A stretch of DNA of 63,973 bases, filler included, from Octopus bimaculoides (GCF_001194135.2; 7 parts of 5 records of this genome joined end to end with filler, not necessarily neighbours in it), one strand, 5' to 3'; positions 24,763-38,769 are shown, counted from the whole stretch's first letter. Translations and numbers: made by a program. The notes: generated by a model not told the origin, from the sequence alone.

Positions 24763-27141
24763 TAATTCCTAGTGGTTATGTGAAAAGTATTTATTTCAAA
24801 TTTCTAGCTAAAGTGAAATAAAGGTTGAAAAACAACCACAAGACTAAACAAAAAACAAAGTTAATAACACCCCCAGCAATATAAAAAACAATAATTTAAG
24901 ACAAACTAAAATAAAATAGATATCTCTGGATCAGCAAGATATTTTCGAAAATAAAATATAAGTATATAAAATAAAGTATTGTCGATTTAACCCACTTATG
25001 GTTGAATGAATTTTAACAAATTAAGGCAGCGTAATTAAGGCAGTGATTAATATTAATCTTGCTGACTGTAATTCAACGATCTATCTGTCCATCTATCTAT
25101 TTGAATCTATTACGTGTGTTGTGTGCGAGTGCGTGTGTGAGTGAGTGTGTGTGTGTTTGTGTGTGTGTGTGTGCATATAAGCGTGTGTATGTATGTATGT
25201 TTGTATATATGTATATATAAGTGTGTGTGTATATATATGCATATATATGTACATATATATACATGTATAAATATCGATAATTTTACTATACACAAACACA
25301 CACGCACGCACACATACACACACACGAACATGCACACCTGAAATACATATAACTGTAAATATTTACATATATATGCATATATATATATACAAATATAATG
25401 TGTATGTAAGTGTATGTGTTCCTCCATTATATAACATCAATAAGATATAAAATTACACGTATCTCAGTGTATATGTATGCCGGTGTGAATGCATGTAGTT
25501 GCCTATGTTGATATATGTGTGTTTGTGTGTTTGAGTGTGTGTGTGAATGGTTGTGCGTATGGGTGTGTGGAAGAGCGCAGTGTTTGTGATTAAAGAGTTT
25601 AGATTTTAGGAAAAAATATGTTAATCTCTCTCAAGGTAGACCATCGCAATTTTTATATCAGTTTGTTTACATCCTTCCATCAATCCACCCATCCATCCAT
25701 CCGTCCATCCATCCATCCATCCATCCATCCATCCATCCATCCATCCATCCATCCATTCGTCCGCTCATCTGTGTATATATATATATATTATTAAAGTGGC
25801 TACTCTCAGTTTAAAAGCAAACGACAAATACAATCGTCCCTAAAAGTGACTAAGGGGGCACCCTTAGTCACTCTAAGTGACGATTGTGCACACACACACA
25901 CACATAAGTATATATATATATACATATATATATATGTATTTATACACACACACACACAAACATATAAATATATATATATCATNNNNNNNNNNNNNNNNNN
26001 NNNNNNNNNNNNNNNNNNNNNNNNNNNNNNNNNNNNNNNNNNNNNNNNNNNNNNNNNNNNNNNNNNNNNNNNNNNNNNNNNNNNNNNNNNNNNNNNNNNN
26101 NNNNNNNNNNNNNNNNNNNNNNNNNNNNNNNNNNNNNNNNNNNNNNNNNNNNNNNNNNNNNNNNNNNNNNNNNNNNNNNNNNNNNNNNNNNNNNNNNNNN
26201 NNNNNNNNNNNNNNNNNNNNNNNNNNNNNNNNNNNNNNNNNNNNNNNNNNNNNNNNNNNNNNNNNNNNNNNNNNNNNNNNNNNNNNNNNNNNNNNNNNNN
26301 NNNNNNNNNNNNNNNNNNNNNNNNNNNNNNNNNNNNNNNNNNNNNNNNNNNNNNNNNNNNNNNNNNNNNNNNNNNNNNNNNNNNNNNNNNNNNNNNNNNN
26401 NNNNNNNNNNNNNNNNNNNNNNNNNNNNNNNNNNNNNNNNNNNNNNNNNNNNNNNNNNNNNNNNNNNNNNNNNNNNNNNNNNNNNNNNNNNNNNNNNNNN
26501 NNNNNNNNNNNNNNNNNNNNNNNNNNNNNNNNNNNNNNNNNNNNNNNNNNNNNNNNNNNNNNNNNNNNNNNNNNNNNNNNNNNNNNNNNNNNNNNNNNNN
26601 NNNNNNNNNNNNNNNNNNNNNNNNNNNNNNNNNNNNNNNNNNNNNNNNNNNNNNNNNNNNNNNNNNNNNNNNNNNNNNNNNNNNNNNNNNNNNNNNNNNN
26701 NNNNNNNNNNNNNNNNNNNNNNNNNNNNNNNNNNNNNNNNNNNNNNNNNATATATATACACATACATACATATATACATCTACATATGTATACACACGTA
26801 TATATACATATATTGACACGCACAAATACACATAAATGCATACTTATATACAAGCATACGTGCATGTTTAGATAGATGTACGTATACAGTCATACATATA
26901 TACGTAACACCATGCACATATCTGAATATTATTAACATATTTGTTTCTTTCAATACAGACACACAAATACACGCACACACACACACACACACAAACACGC
27001 ACACACACATACACACACACAAACACACACACAAACACACATATATACATACGCAAACACAGACACACCCAGACTGAGACCCACATTTACAGATTTAACG
27101 ACTAAAGCATCACCTCACATTTGGAGATATTTGTGTGTCCA

Positions 27142-27212
<71 letters not shown>

Positions 27213-27504
27213 TTATCTATCTATAATATATAATATATGTATATATAGACATGTACATACACATGTATATATNNNNNNNNNNNNNNNNNNNNNNNNNNNN
27301 NNNNNNNNNNNNNNNNTTAATTAATTAANNNNNNNNNNNNNNNNNNNNNNNNNNNNNNNNNNNNNNNNNNNNGGGTGGGGGAGAGAGGCAGGGTTGGGGG
27401 TTAGATGAAGAGGGGATATATATATATATATACGTATACATATGCATATATATGCATATGTGTACATATATATACGTCCAAAACTCTCTCTTTATACCCA
27501 GCGT

Positions 27505-28100
27505 CAAACTTATTTCAATCATTTGACTGCCGCCATGCTGGAGCACCGCCTTTAGTCGAGCAATTCGACCCCAGGACTTATTCTTTGTAAGCCTAGTACT
27601 TATTCTATCGGTACTCTTTTGCCGAACCGCTAAGTTACGGGGACGTAAACACACCAGCATCAGTTGTCAAGCGATGTTGGGGGGACAAACACAGACACAC
27701 AAACATACACACACAAACATACACACACAAAATATGCGTTTTACTCCATTTACTAAATTTATATTTACTCAAGTACCCAAAATAACAAGGAGTTTCAACC
27801 TCATAAACAGGAGTTGCACCGCAGTCATTTTATGATCTTTGCTACCCTGGTATCTATTAACCAATTTATTTTGTCCGAGTTAATTATTAACTAGGAGAAA
27901 ATAAATACATATAATAAAATAAATAAATATATATATATATATATACATATATACGACGGGCTTCTTTCAGTTTTCATCTATCCAAATCCACTCACAAGGC
28001 TTTAGTCAGCGTGAGGCTATAGTAGAAGACACTTGCCCAACGTGCCACGCAGTGGGACTGAACCCAGAACCTTGTGGTTGGTAAGTAAGCTAACGCACAA
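27505..28100 (-). mobile_element. SINE family C, head plus tail with expanded linker
   Basis: Tail half 27505-27730 and head half 27955-28100 both match 43286-43581 and 55055-55270. Confidence 0.78.
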
Positions 28101-28180
28101 CACCACTACGAACAACGTTTCTATATGGTCTTCCACTTCGCCTTTACAGTACCATCTTGGAAATAAAATTACTCGTTGTA

Positions 28181-28392
28181 CAGGTTGTCCACAAAGTCTG
28201 GGTACATGTAGTATATACAATCATAACATAAACAATTAAATATAAGAAATAACAGTTTCTTAAAGCATGTGTTAATCTCCATGTGGGTACATGGAGTAAA
28301 TAAAATCATAACATAAACAATTAAATATAAGAAATAATAATTTCTTAAAGTATGTGTTAGTCTCCATGTACCCAGACTTTGTGGACACCCTG
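28181..28392. mobile_element. Tc1/mariner-type MITE (212 bp)
   Basis: 28-bp TIRs CAGG(T/G)TGTCCACAAAGTCTGGGTACATG with one mismatch, TA on both sides, and an internal tandem duplication of about 85 bp. Confidence 0.9.
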
Positions 28393-28611
28393 TATAATGT
28401 AGTCCTAGATAAACTATGCTTGAATAACCAGACTAGGGAGCAAAGCTAAAACGCCTTTTGATTCTTTGGTCTATTGGATCAAGGCTGATGCAGAAATTAC
28501 TTCGCCAACATCGCCATCAGCATGTCATCGTTGATCTTGGATCAAAATTGTTATCAAACAAGGATGCAATCACAACTGCACTTTCAAAGAGCGCGGTACT
28601 TCCATTCGTGA

Positions 28612-28646
<35 letters not shown>

Positions 28647-28839
28647 TATGGAAAAGGGAAGAAAGAACGAAAGAAAGGAAGAGAGGAGGAAAGAATGTTG
28701 ATGTGAAGAACAAAGTATCGCTCTCAGAATGCGTCGGTGATTCGGATGGAATTAGCAACAATCAAGGTTATAAATAACCTTCGAGTAATTAGTAGTACTT
28801 TGACACCGTCCAGATTGGGACTAACCTAAATATCTCGAC

Positions 28840-29256
28840 GTTGTCGTCATCATCATCATCATCATCATCGTCATCGTAATCATCATCATCATCATCATCG
28901 TCGTCATCATCATCGTCACCATCATCATCATCATCATCATCATCGTCGTCGTAGTCGTCGTTATCAACGTCGTCGTCGTCGTCGTCGTCATCGTCATCTT
29001 CATCATCATCATCATCGTCATCGTCGTCATCATCTTCATAATCATCATCGTTGTTCTTGTCGTTCACAATCGTCGTCGTCATCATCATGGTCATCATAGT
29101 CGCCATCGTCACCTTCGTTATCGTCGTCATCATCAGGTTCATCATCAGCATCGTCGTCGTCGTCGTCACCGTCGCCTCCTCCCCCCCCCATCATCATCAT
29201 CATCACCGTCATCATCATCATCACCGTCATCATCACCGTCATCATCATCATCATCA

Positions 29257-29289
<33 letters not shown>

Positions 29290-29349
29290 GTTAGCGTCGT
29301 CATCATCCCACTCATAATCAGCATCGTCGTCGTCATCGTTACCACCACC

Positions 29350-29380
<31 letters not shown>

Positions 29381-29390
29381 TCATCATCAA
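28840..29390. repeat. (CAT)/(CGT) compound trinucleotide tract
   Basis: Direct reading; source of spurious poly-D/M/H ORFs. Confidence 0.95.
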
Positions 29391-29629
29391 AGGGTCTCAC
29401 GTGTGTTTTTCATTGTCTGCCTTCAGTGCAGTATCGAGAGAGCAATCTCGTACTCCATGGCCGCTTCAAGTGGTTTGTTTTCGTTTTCTTATTCTGCCAA
29501 TCTATTGACAGGACCCTTATATAATATGTATGAGTAAGTGCAAGGCTGATTATTAGTGCCTATTTCCATATATGTTGTGCTTATTTATAAGTCCAGGTCC
29601 TTCGGGAGTTGTTTTGTCTCTTGTATCTT

Positions 29630-29898
29630 CAACTCGTGCTTCAACCGTAAGACTGCGGCCATGTTGAAGCCCGGCGTTGGAGAGTTTTAGTCGAACGAAT
29701 TAACCTCAGGCCTTTTTTTTTTCTTTTTGGAGTTTTAAACCTGGTATTTATTCTAACGTTTTTTTGGGGGGGGGGGCCGAACCGCTAGATTACGGGGATG
29801 TAAACACACCAACACCAGTTGTTATATGGCAACGGGAGCAAACACAACTACAAAGATTTGCACACACACACGCACATGCACATAATATATACATGCAT

Positions 29899-29970
<72 letters not shown>

Positions 29971-30240
29971 CGATTCAGCAAAAGCGACCGATAGAATAAG
30001 TGCTAGGCTTGAAAAAGTAAGTTCTGGGGTCGATGTTTTTCGACTAAAACGCTTGAAGGAAATGCCCCGGCATGGCCGCACTCGAATGAGTGAAACAAGT
30101 AAAAGATAAAAGACATACAACGGGTTTCTTTCAGTTTCCGTCTACCAAATCCGCTCACAAGGTTTTGGTCGGCCCGAGACTACAGAAGAGACTACACTTG
30201 CTCAAAATACCACGCAGTGGGATTGAACCCGGCACCATCA
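29630..30240. mobile_element. SINE family C halves in mixed orientation around (GATA)n
   Basis: Tail on minus 29630-29860, tail on plus 29972-30110, head on minus 30118-30240. Confidence 0.72.
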
Positions 30241-30419
30241 CGCAGCCATTACAGGCATCTTGTGTATTTTGTTTGTAAGATTCTCGTACAATACCAAAAC
30301 TCCAATTACTTGTAAATCTTGTTTAAGCTTTAATCTTCCATAGTCTGTTAATCTCTATTTTTAGATTTTTATAAGTTATTTTCTATTTTCATCTTTTACC
30401 TGATGATTGTTTCAATCAT

Positions 30420-30610
30420 TGGGTTGCGGCCATGCCGAGGCATTGCCTTGAATACGTTTTAGTTTCAAAAAGTTGACCCCAGTACTTATGTCGTTTTTAT
30501 ATAAATCTGATACTTATTCTATCGCTCCCTTTTGCCGAACCGCACCGATACGGAGATCTAAACAAACCAGCATTGGTTGTCAAGCGGTGGGGGGAACAAG
30601 CATAAACATA
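30420..30610 (-). mobile_element. SINE family C tail half
   Basis: gcggccatgccgaggcattgcc...gaccccagtactt...ggttgtcaagcg matches other copies. Confidence 0.7.
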
Positions 30611-30734
30611 TATGAGCGTGTGTGTATATATGTGTCTATGTATGCATGTATGTATGTGTATACGTATGTACGTGTGTATGTGTGTATGCATGAGTGCATG
30701 TATGTATAATGTATATACACATGTTTCTTATTTC

Positions 30735-30960
30735 TTTATTGCCCACAAGGGGCTAAACATAGAGGGGACAAACAAGGACAGACAAACGGATTGAGTCGAT
30801 TACATCGACCCCCAGTGCGTAACTGGCACTTAATTTATCGACCCCGAAAGGATAAAAGGCAAAGTCGACCTCGGCGGAATTTGAACTCAGAACATAACGG
30901 CAGACGAAATACCGCTAAGCATTTCGCCCGGCGTGCTAACGTTTCTGCTAGCTCGCCGTT
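30735..30960 (-). mobile_element. SINE family B copy (subtype with gtctgtccttgtttgtcccc tail)
   Basis: Reverse complement matches 42191-42430. Confidence 0.85.
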
Positions 30961-31133
30961 TCTGCCTACCAAATTACCAAATTCAGTCAAAAGAAGTGAT
31001 TAGCCCAAGGTGCCGGAAAGTGGGACTGAACGCGAAATCACATGGTTGCAAAAGGAGCTTCTTTCCCGCACAGCCATGTCTATGCCTAGGGACGATTTAT
31101 TAAGTTAGATGTCTTGTACTCTATGTTAGTAGA

Positions 31134-31507
31134 GGCGCAATGGCCCAGTGGTTAGGGCAGCGGACTCGCGGTCGTAGGATCGCGGTTTCGATTCCCAGAC
31201 CGAGCGTTGTGAGTGTTTATTGAGCGAAACACCTAAAGGCTCCACGAGGCTCCGGCAGGGGGTGGTGGCGAACCCTGCTGTACTCTTTCACCACAACTTT
31301 CTCTCACTCTTTCTTCCTGTTTCTGTTGTGCCTGTAATTCAAAGGGCCAGCCTTGTCACACTCTGTCACACTGAATATCCCTGAGAACTGTGTTAAGGAT
31401 ACATGTGTCTGTGGAGTGCTCAGCCACTTACACGTTAATTTCACGAGCAGGCTGTTCCGTTAATCGGATCAACTGGAACCCTCGTCGTCGTAACCGACGG
31501 AGTGCCA
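31134..31507 (+). mobile_element. Full-length tRNA-derived SINE (family A) with TSD
   Basis: tRNA-like head ggcgcaatggcccagtggttagggc...ggtttcgattccc (A and B boxes). TSD ctctatgttag at 31119-29 and 31509-19. Confidence 0.88.
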
Positions 31508-31907
31508 GCTCTATGTTAGAAAAGATTTTTCTTTGCACTTTTCAGCGAAGGGAAGAAATTAGAAGTAGTTTATGCTTAAATAACTATAGTCTGTCTCTCT
31601 CTTTCTCTGTTTTTCTATGTCTGTCTGTCTCTCTCTCTCTCTCACACACTATCTATCTACAAGTAAAAGACAACGAGAGGGACAAGTATTGACAAAAACT
31701 GTTATTGGTATAACGTTTGAATATTAATCATAAGAGTCTCTAACGTTTTGGCCGTTAGTCTTTTATCAGAAAAAAGAAGAGAAAGGAAGAAATGTGTTGG
31801 ACAGAAGAAGGAAAAGTTTAAAAGCTACCTAGCTAGTTAGCTGATTGTCTGTCACATTCTCAATTTTTGTTCTAATACATAAAACTCTAACAAACGTACA
31901 ATACACA

Positions 31908-31973
<66 letters not shown>

Positions 31974-33019
31974 CACACACACACACACACACTGAAAGAA
32001 AATCATTTTGCACATTGCTTTAGAGGATATTCAATAATGCTACAACATTTCAAGGGGATTTCAGACAATCTAAAAACAATGAAGTAGGTATTAAAGATGA
32101 GGAGGGAAAATAATAAAATTATTTAGACAATAACTGTATGTACTAAATGAAAATTAAATTGAAAACAAACGACAGAAATTTGAAACCTAATCTTAAAATT
32201 TTTTTTTTTTTTCAACATCTTGATTGTGGAATAGATTAGCATGTTACAACGGGGATAGAAATTAAAGCAATTAATTTGTAACTATATCAGGGAGACATAT
32301 TTAATCAGTTACGTGTAAAAATATAACGGAATGCGAGCATGTATGGACACATGTGTGTGTATGTATGTATGTATGTATGTATGTATGTATGTATGTATGT
32401 ATGTATGTATGCAAGTATGTATGTATGTACGTATGTATGTATGTATGGTATGTATGTATGTGAGTGAGATTGAGGTAAATTGTAGGGGATTAATTAGTGC
32501 GAATTAATGAGGCATTTTACTGCAACTTGACTCAAAAGGGTGGTTTAAGAACATAGGTACCTACTTATGACGAATATATCTCTTTAATTTGGCAGCTACA
32601 TAACCAAATTAGGGAATATATATATGGTACGCGAATACATACGTAAATACATACATGCATGAATGCATACATACACACATACATACGTAGTACGTACGTA
32701 CAGGCATGTATGTGTATGTGTGTATGTGTAAACACACACAAACCCACATTCTTATATGTGTATGTGTATATTTATTTTATAAACTTTTGAGAGAACGTGA
32801 AATAATTCTTTTGGGTTTCAAAGCAAAGCTAAAGCCACAAAGAACACTATATCGATATAGGACAGAAAAAGAAACTATTTGGGATATAAAAAGTCGAAGG
32901 GTGCCCATAGGACACAAACAAACATCTCTAATTGGGTTTTTTAGCCTTATATTTACCTGCATCTTTTTATAGCTTTAGGTGTGCTTTGGGATCTACTGTT
33001 CCCAAAAAGGCGTATAGAT

Positions 33020-33175
33020 GCGGCCATGTGGTAAGAAGTTTGTTTCCCAATCACATAGTTCTGGGTTCAGTCTCCTCGCTCGGCAACTTGATTAAGTATC
33101 TCCAGCTATAGCCTCGGGCATGCCAAATTCTAGTGAGTGGATTTGGTAAACGGAAACTAAGAGAAGCCCGTCGTA
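33020..33175 (+). mobile_element. SINE family C head half
   Basis: Matches 43286-43445. Confidence 0.75.
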
Positions 33176-33176
33176 T

Positions 33177-33241
<65 letters not shown>

Positions 33242-34036
33242 NNNNNNNNNNNNNNNNNNNNNNNNNNNNNNNNNNNNNNNNNNNNNNNNNNNNNNNNNNN
33301 NNNNNNNNNNNNNNNNNNNNNNNNNNNNNNNNNNNNNNNNNNNNNNNNNNNNNNNNNNNNNNNNNNNNNNNNNNNNNNNNNNNNNNNNNNNNNNNNNNNN
33401 NNNNNNNNNNNNNNNNNNNNNNNNNNNNNNNNNNNNNNNNNNNNNNNNNNNNNNNNNNNNNNNNNNNNNNNNNNNNNNNNNNNNNNNNNNNNNNNNNNNN
33501 NNNNNNNNNNNNNNNNNNNNNNNNNNNNNNNNNNNNNNNNNNNNNNNNNNNNNNNNNNNNNNNNNNNNNNNNNNNNNNNNNNNNNNNNNNNNNNNNNNNN
33601 NNNNNNNNNNNNNNNNNNNNNNNNNNNNNNNNNNNNNNNNNNNNNNNNNNNNNNNNNNNNNNNNNNNNNNNNNNNNNNNNNNNNNNNNNNNNNNNNNNNN
33701 NNNNNNNNNNNNNNNNNNNNNNNNNNNNNNNNNNNNNNNNNNNNNNNNNNNNNNNNNNNNNNNNNNNNNNNNNNNNNNNNNNNNNNNNNNNNNNNNNNNN
33801 NNNNNNNNNNNNNNNNNNNNNNNNNNNNNNNNNNNNNNNNNNNNNNNNNNNNNNNNACATTCTTTTCTGGAATACACATAGAAAGTTATATCCAACATAA
33901 TAATAGAATAATATAAGCATTTTAAAACCCAGTATAAAGTACAATAAAATTATTTTTTTAAATTATTTTAAAAATATTTGAAAAATATATATATACCTTA
34001 CCTATTATTTGTCTGTGGGGAAAGCAGATACTTTTA

Positions 34037-34437
34037 ATCAACGCTACACGTGTTTCTGCGCTGGTGGTGTGTTTATCCAGGCTATACTTAATACATAAAT
34101 CCACCAGTGCGTCCTCAAGCTATTTTTGGTATTGTTATTATTATTAACGGATCAAAGTTAAAACTACATATTCTAATACATATTAAAATGTAAAATAAGA
34201 ATATGAATACAAATATAATAAAATTATATAACTTACTAATATATTTTTTTTAAATTACAGAATGTATTCATATTCTTATTTTTCTGTTGAATATCTCTAA
34301 GAATATGTAGTTTTAACTTTGATCCGTTAATAATAATAACTATACGAAAAATAACCTGAGGACACACTGGTGGATTAATGTGTTAGGTATAACCTAGATA
34401 AACACACCACCAGGGCAGAAACACGTGTAGCGTTGAT
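34037..34437. mobile_element. Foldback MITE with about 175-bp inverted arms
   Basis: Left arm atcaacgctacacgtgtttctgcgctggtgg...cggatcaaagttaaaactacatattct matches the reverse complement of the right arm (about 90% over the outer 138 bp by eye). TA at both ends. Confidence 0.85.
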
Positions 34438-35295
34438 TATAGATATTTTCTTTCCTCACAGGTACTTTTCAGGCTGTATGCTCGGCATCGTACCTCTAGG
34501 CACTACGCTTTTCAACCAATGCTGGTTTGTTTACGTTCCCATAATTCAACGGTCCGTCGATTTGTTCGACTTAAATACTATCCTTCAAGGAGATGCCCCA
34601 GCATGGCCAAAAAGTGATGACTGAAACAAGTAAATGACTCAAACTACAATGCCGTTAGGTTTCGAAAGTGACGATAGTTTACAAGACTATTTTGGGACTT
34701 AACTAGTAACTGCCTTGATCTACAAACCAGCGCAGCATCGTAACAAAACTATCTTCGTTAACACCGCCAGCAGAAGCAACAGTCTGGCAAACAGGTCAAT
34801 AACCCAGAAGGCAAAATGGAGTTGGTATGATTGAAATAGTAATTATTGGCATTCATTCTTGAATACAACTAAATTAGAATTTCTTTCTTTATTTCACTTA
34901 TTTATTTTTTTGGTGGGGAGTGGGGGGGGGGCAAAAAGAGATTTTTATGTAAAGGAATAGTACAACTAATTGCTTTGTAAGAGATTTTCTAACAATATGT
35001 TAAAGTCATTAGAAATCAGCTGTTGAATTATTATTGTCAAGATGGTGTATATTCTTCTTCGTCTGCAAATCTTATTCACTTCTTTCTTTATTCTTCCTCT
35101 TCTCTTTCTTATCCTACTCCGCTCTCTTCTTACTTTTCTTTTCTTACCGGCATTCATCTTTCTGTAAATCAGTGTTAGACGCTGCACATGCATAAACTTA
35201 ATATAATACCTACGAGATGATACGGTATTTCGACTAGTTACTGTAGTTATCACTTTAGCCATAATTCACTATATACGGCTTTCTATAAATCTAAA

Positions 35296-35358
<63 letters not shown>

Positions 35359-35452
35359 TTATCTATCTATCTATCTGCCTGTCTGTCTGTCTGTCTATCC
35401 ATTAAATATCTATTTATCTATTTATCTACTTATATGTAAATGAATATATGTG

Positions 35453-35494
<42 letters not shown>

Positions 35495-35576
35495 TATGGA
35501 GACATATAGATAGATATGTATATACATATATATACAGATAGAGAGTTATTTATGTGTATATATATATATATATATC

Positions 35577-35724
35577 TGTTTCTTTTTGTGTTCCTTTCTG
35601 TGGAAGAGCGTAGGCTCAAAACGTTAAAGACTTTTTCACTTCCCGAGTGTTAAACTAACACATCTGTTTGTTGTCTACACCACCTGTCTTGGTCTTTTGT
35701 TGTTGCTTTTTTTTCGTGAATTCT

Positions 35725-35728
<4 letters not shown>
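35577..35728 (+). mobile_element. Short (TA)n-flanked element carrying a decayed minimal hammerhead (same motif family as 48146-48178)
   Basis: ttt CTGTGGA A GAGC GTAG GCTC AAA ACGT T aaa at 35595-35628 keeps helices I-III but has core substitutions. The element is bounded by (TA)n on both sides. Confidence 0.6.
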
Positions 35729-35801
<73 letters not shown>

Positions 35802-36279
35802 GTGAGTCAGCGAGGGGGTGAGAGAGAGAGATCATCCGTAACAAGTCACAGATGTGAGAAGTGGATATATTTTACTTAGAGAGTTGAAGCATTAGTGATC
35901 TGATGAGCTAGCTTTCCTTATTTGCATTAATTTTTAAATATACAGTCGTACTCTATCTTGCGTAGCATGCATATTAGTGCAAACATGTAAAATAGTTTAT
36001 TATACACTGGAATTATTATTATGTGATGAAAGCTATGAAACGGTCGTATCCTAAGGAACAGAACTGGTTAAATAAATATACCCTCCTCTCATACCTCCAG
36101 ACACTTTATGGCTTATATACTCCTCTTCAAATAATTTTGTCGATTGGATCTCCTGAACTTCAGCTGTATAGAACTCTATATTATACTCTTCCATACTGGA
36201 TGTATTATGTTGTCTGGTAGCCTAGTCCGATAGAGGAGCTTTCTGAGATAGCCACATGGTTATTACACGACAAATTCAC

Positions 36280-36311
<32 letters not shown>

Positions 36312-36366
36312 GTATGTATATATATATACATTTACATATATATATATGTAAAGATATATATATATT

Positions 36367-36406
<40 letters not shown>

Positions 36407-36918
36407 TATATTCATATATATATTCATATATATATTCATACTTGCTGATATGGATATGTGCGTATGTGCATATTTGTCAAAATATAAGTATGTATAAGCG
36501 CGGTGTGTGTATGTGTGTGTGTGCGCGCGCGCGTTTGTATGTTTGCTCCTGTACGTGTGAATAAGTGCGTAACAGAATTCTACCCGGGTCTCTCATCAAA
36601 GATATATTAACTAACCCCACCTGGTGACTAATGAGAAGAACACGACCAAGTTACCAATTAACCTGTCACATTTAGTCTATCGTCCCTTGTTTTATTTTTT
36701 TGACCCGATTTCACTTCCGCTTGTCACATGACCCAAATAATATATCATTGTTCCTCTATTCTCGCCTTCTATGCGTACTGGTTTTGTCGGTTGTTACAAC
36801 AGCCAAACGAATGACGTGTTCCATTCTAGATCTCTGTTAGAAGTGGAAATAACAGAGTCGATAAAGGCTATATAAATGTATCTTCGTTTATCACTGATTC
36901 GTTTGCTACTAACCCCGA

Positions 36919-37288
36919 ATAACACGGTACGCTCAACTGTGAACCGTGTTACGTTTATGAAGGATTGGTCTCTGATAACATGAGTCGGTGATCAACCGTA
37001 TATTCTGCTACTACACTGACTTCTAATACAACTATCCTCGTTCATATCTGATGCATTCATCACGGATTGGAGATAACAAGGTATACTCAATTGTGAACCG
37101 TGTTATGTTTATCACCGATTGGTTTGTAATAACACAGGACGGGGATCAGCCGTGTATTCTGCTAATACAATGATTTCTAATACACCCATCCTCGCTTATA
37201 TTTAATTCATTCATCACGGAGCGGAGATAATACAGTATGCTCAATTGTGAAACGTGTCACGGATTGATCTTTGATAATACGGGTCGGC
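36919..37288. repeat. Degenerate 154-bp tandem repeat, about 2.4 copies
   Basis: Unit starts at 36919, 37073 and 37227 (ataac..gta.gctcaa.tgtgaa.cgtgt). Confidence 0.85.
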
Positions 37289-37784
37289 TTTGACCATCTA
37301 AGATTCTACTTGGACCATAAAAGCACGCCACAATTCTCAGCTACCTAGATTACACTATTTATCAATTGTGGTTACATTACCGTGTTGCGAGGCAGCGAGG
37401 CAGCATATTTTTAATACAAGTCTATACCCACGTACCCGTCAACATGTCTATTTTACTGGTATCATTTATCGCTGATTAATTTAACTCGGTGATTTTTGTT
37501 TTAAACAAAACATCCGTGATAAACGAAGATCGACGTGTTACCAGCTAGCTTATCGATGGCTTGTTTGCTCAAATCCATGGCTGATATTCTTTCGTTTCTC
37601 TAGGCCGTAATAATCTATTTCCCATTGTGTTACAACAAAGAGGAAACAAAAATAAAATTGGATGTTAGAAATCTGTATGAGAGTCTCTACTTGAGGAGAA
37701 ATTCCGTGAGGTAGACTAGCGCCCTTCCCAGCGTTATGGTTTTTCATCACATTGATTCATAAAAAGATTCTTTTGTCTTTTATT

Positions 37785-38655
37785 TCAGGCACTGGAGTGC
37801 GGCCATGCTAGACCACAAGCTTGAACGATTTAGTCGAATAAATTGACCACAGTACGTAATTTTAAGCCTGAAATTTAATCTATCGGAGTTCTTTGCCGAA
37901 CTACTAAGTTACGAGGACGTAAACAAGCCAACACCTGTTATCCAGCGGTGTGAGAGAGACAAATACAAATGCAATGACTCACATGCATATATACATACAT
38001 TTGGTCTCTGTCAACGAAATTCACTCACCTGAAATAGGACGGGCCGGGCTACAGCAGAAGGTACTTGCCCAAGGTGCCGCGCAGTGGGACTGATCCCAGA
38101 ATCATGTGATTGTGAAATGAGCTTCTTAAGCACGTATCCATACCTGAAGTGACATTTCTTGTGAAAGAACAGCACTAACAACAACAACAACGACAACAAC
38201 ATTAATAACCAGATATTTCTAACATACATGCAAATGAGGCGAAGCAGTAGGCTTACAAACAATAAGTCCTGGGGTCGATTTGCTCGACTAAAAGCGGTGC
38301 TCCAGCATGGCCGCAGTCAAGTGACTGAAACAAGTAAAACAAGTTGTACTATTTGGCCTGTTTTGTGGAACCGTTAAGTTGCAAGGACGTAAACAAATCA
38401 AGACCGGTTGTCAAGCGGTAGTGGGACATAAAAAAAAGAGAAAAACACACACAGGCACACATCCACACACTCACAAACGTGCACACATGCACGAAAGGCT
38501 TCCGCACAGTCTCCGTCTATCAGTTTCACTCAAAATGCATTGGCTGACCAGAGGCGATAGAAGAAAATACTTGCCCAAGGTGGCGCGCAGTGGTACTAAC
38601 CCAAAGCTACGTAGCTGCAAAGCGAACTTCATATCCACACAGCCACGCCTGCGCC
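37785..38655. mobile_element. Cluster of SINE family C copies
   Basis: Minus-strand composites 37785-38145 and 38345-38655; plus-strand tail 38245-38345. Confidence 0.75.
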
Positions 38656-38659
38656 TATA

Positions 38660-38668
38660 TATACAAAG

Positions 38669-38713
<45 letters not shown>

Positions 38714-38737
38714 CATATATATATATATATATATACA

Positions 38738-38769
<32 letters not shown>

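Noticed and set aside
36021-36053. GTGATGA...GAAACGGTCGTA hammerhead-like string (similar case at 9217-9255)
   Set aside because: Core is altered and helices I and II are absent; cannot be separated from chance.
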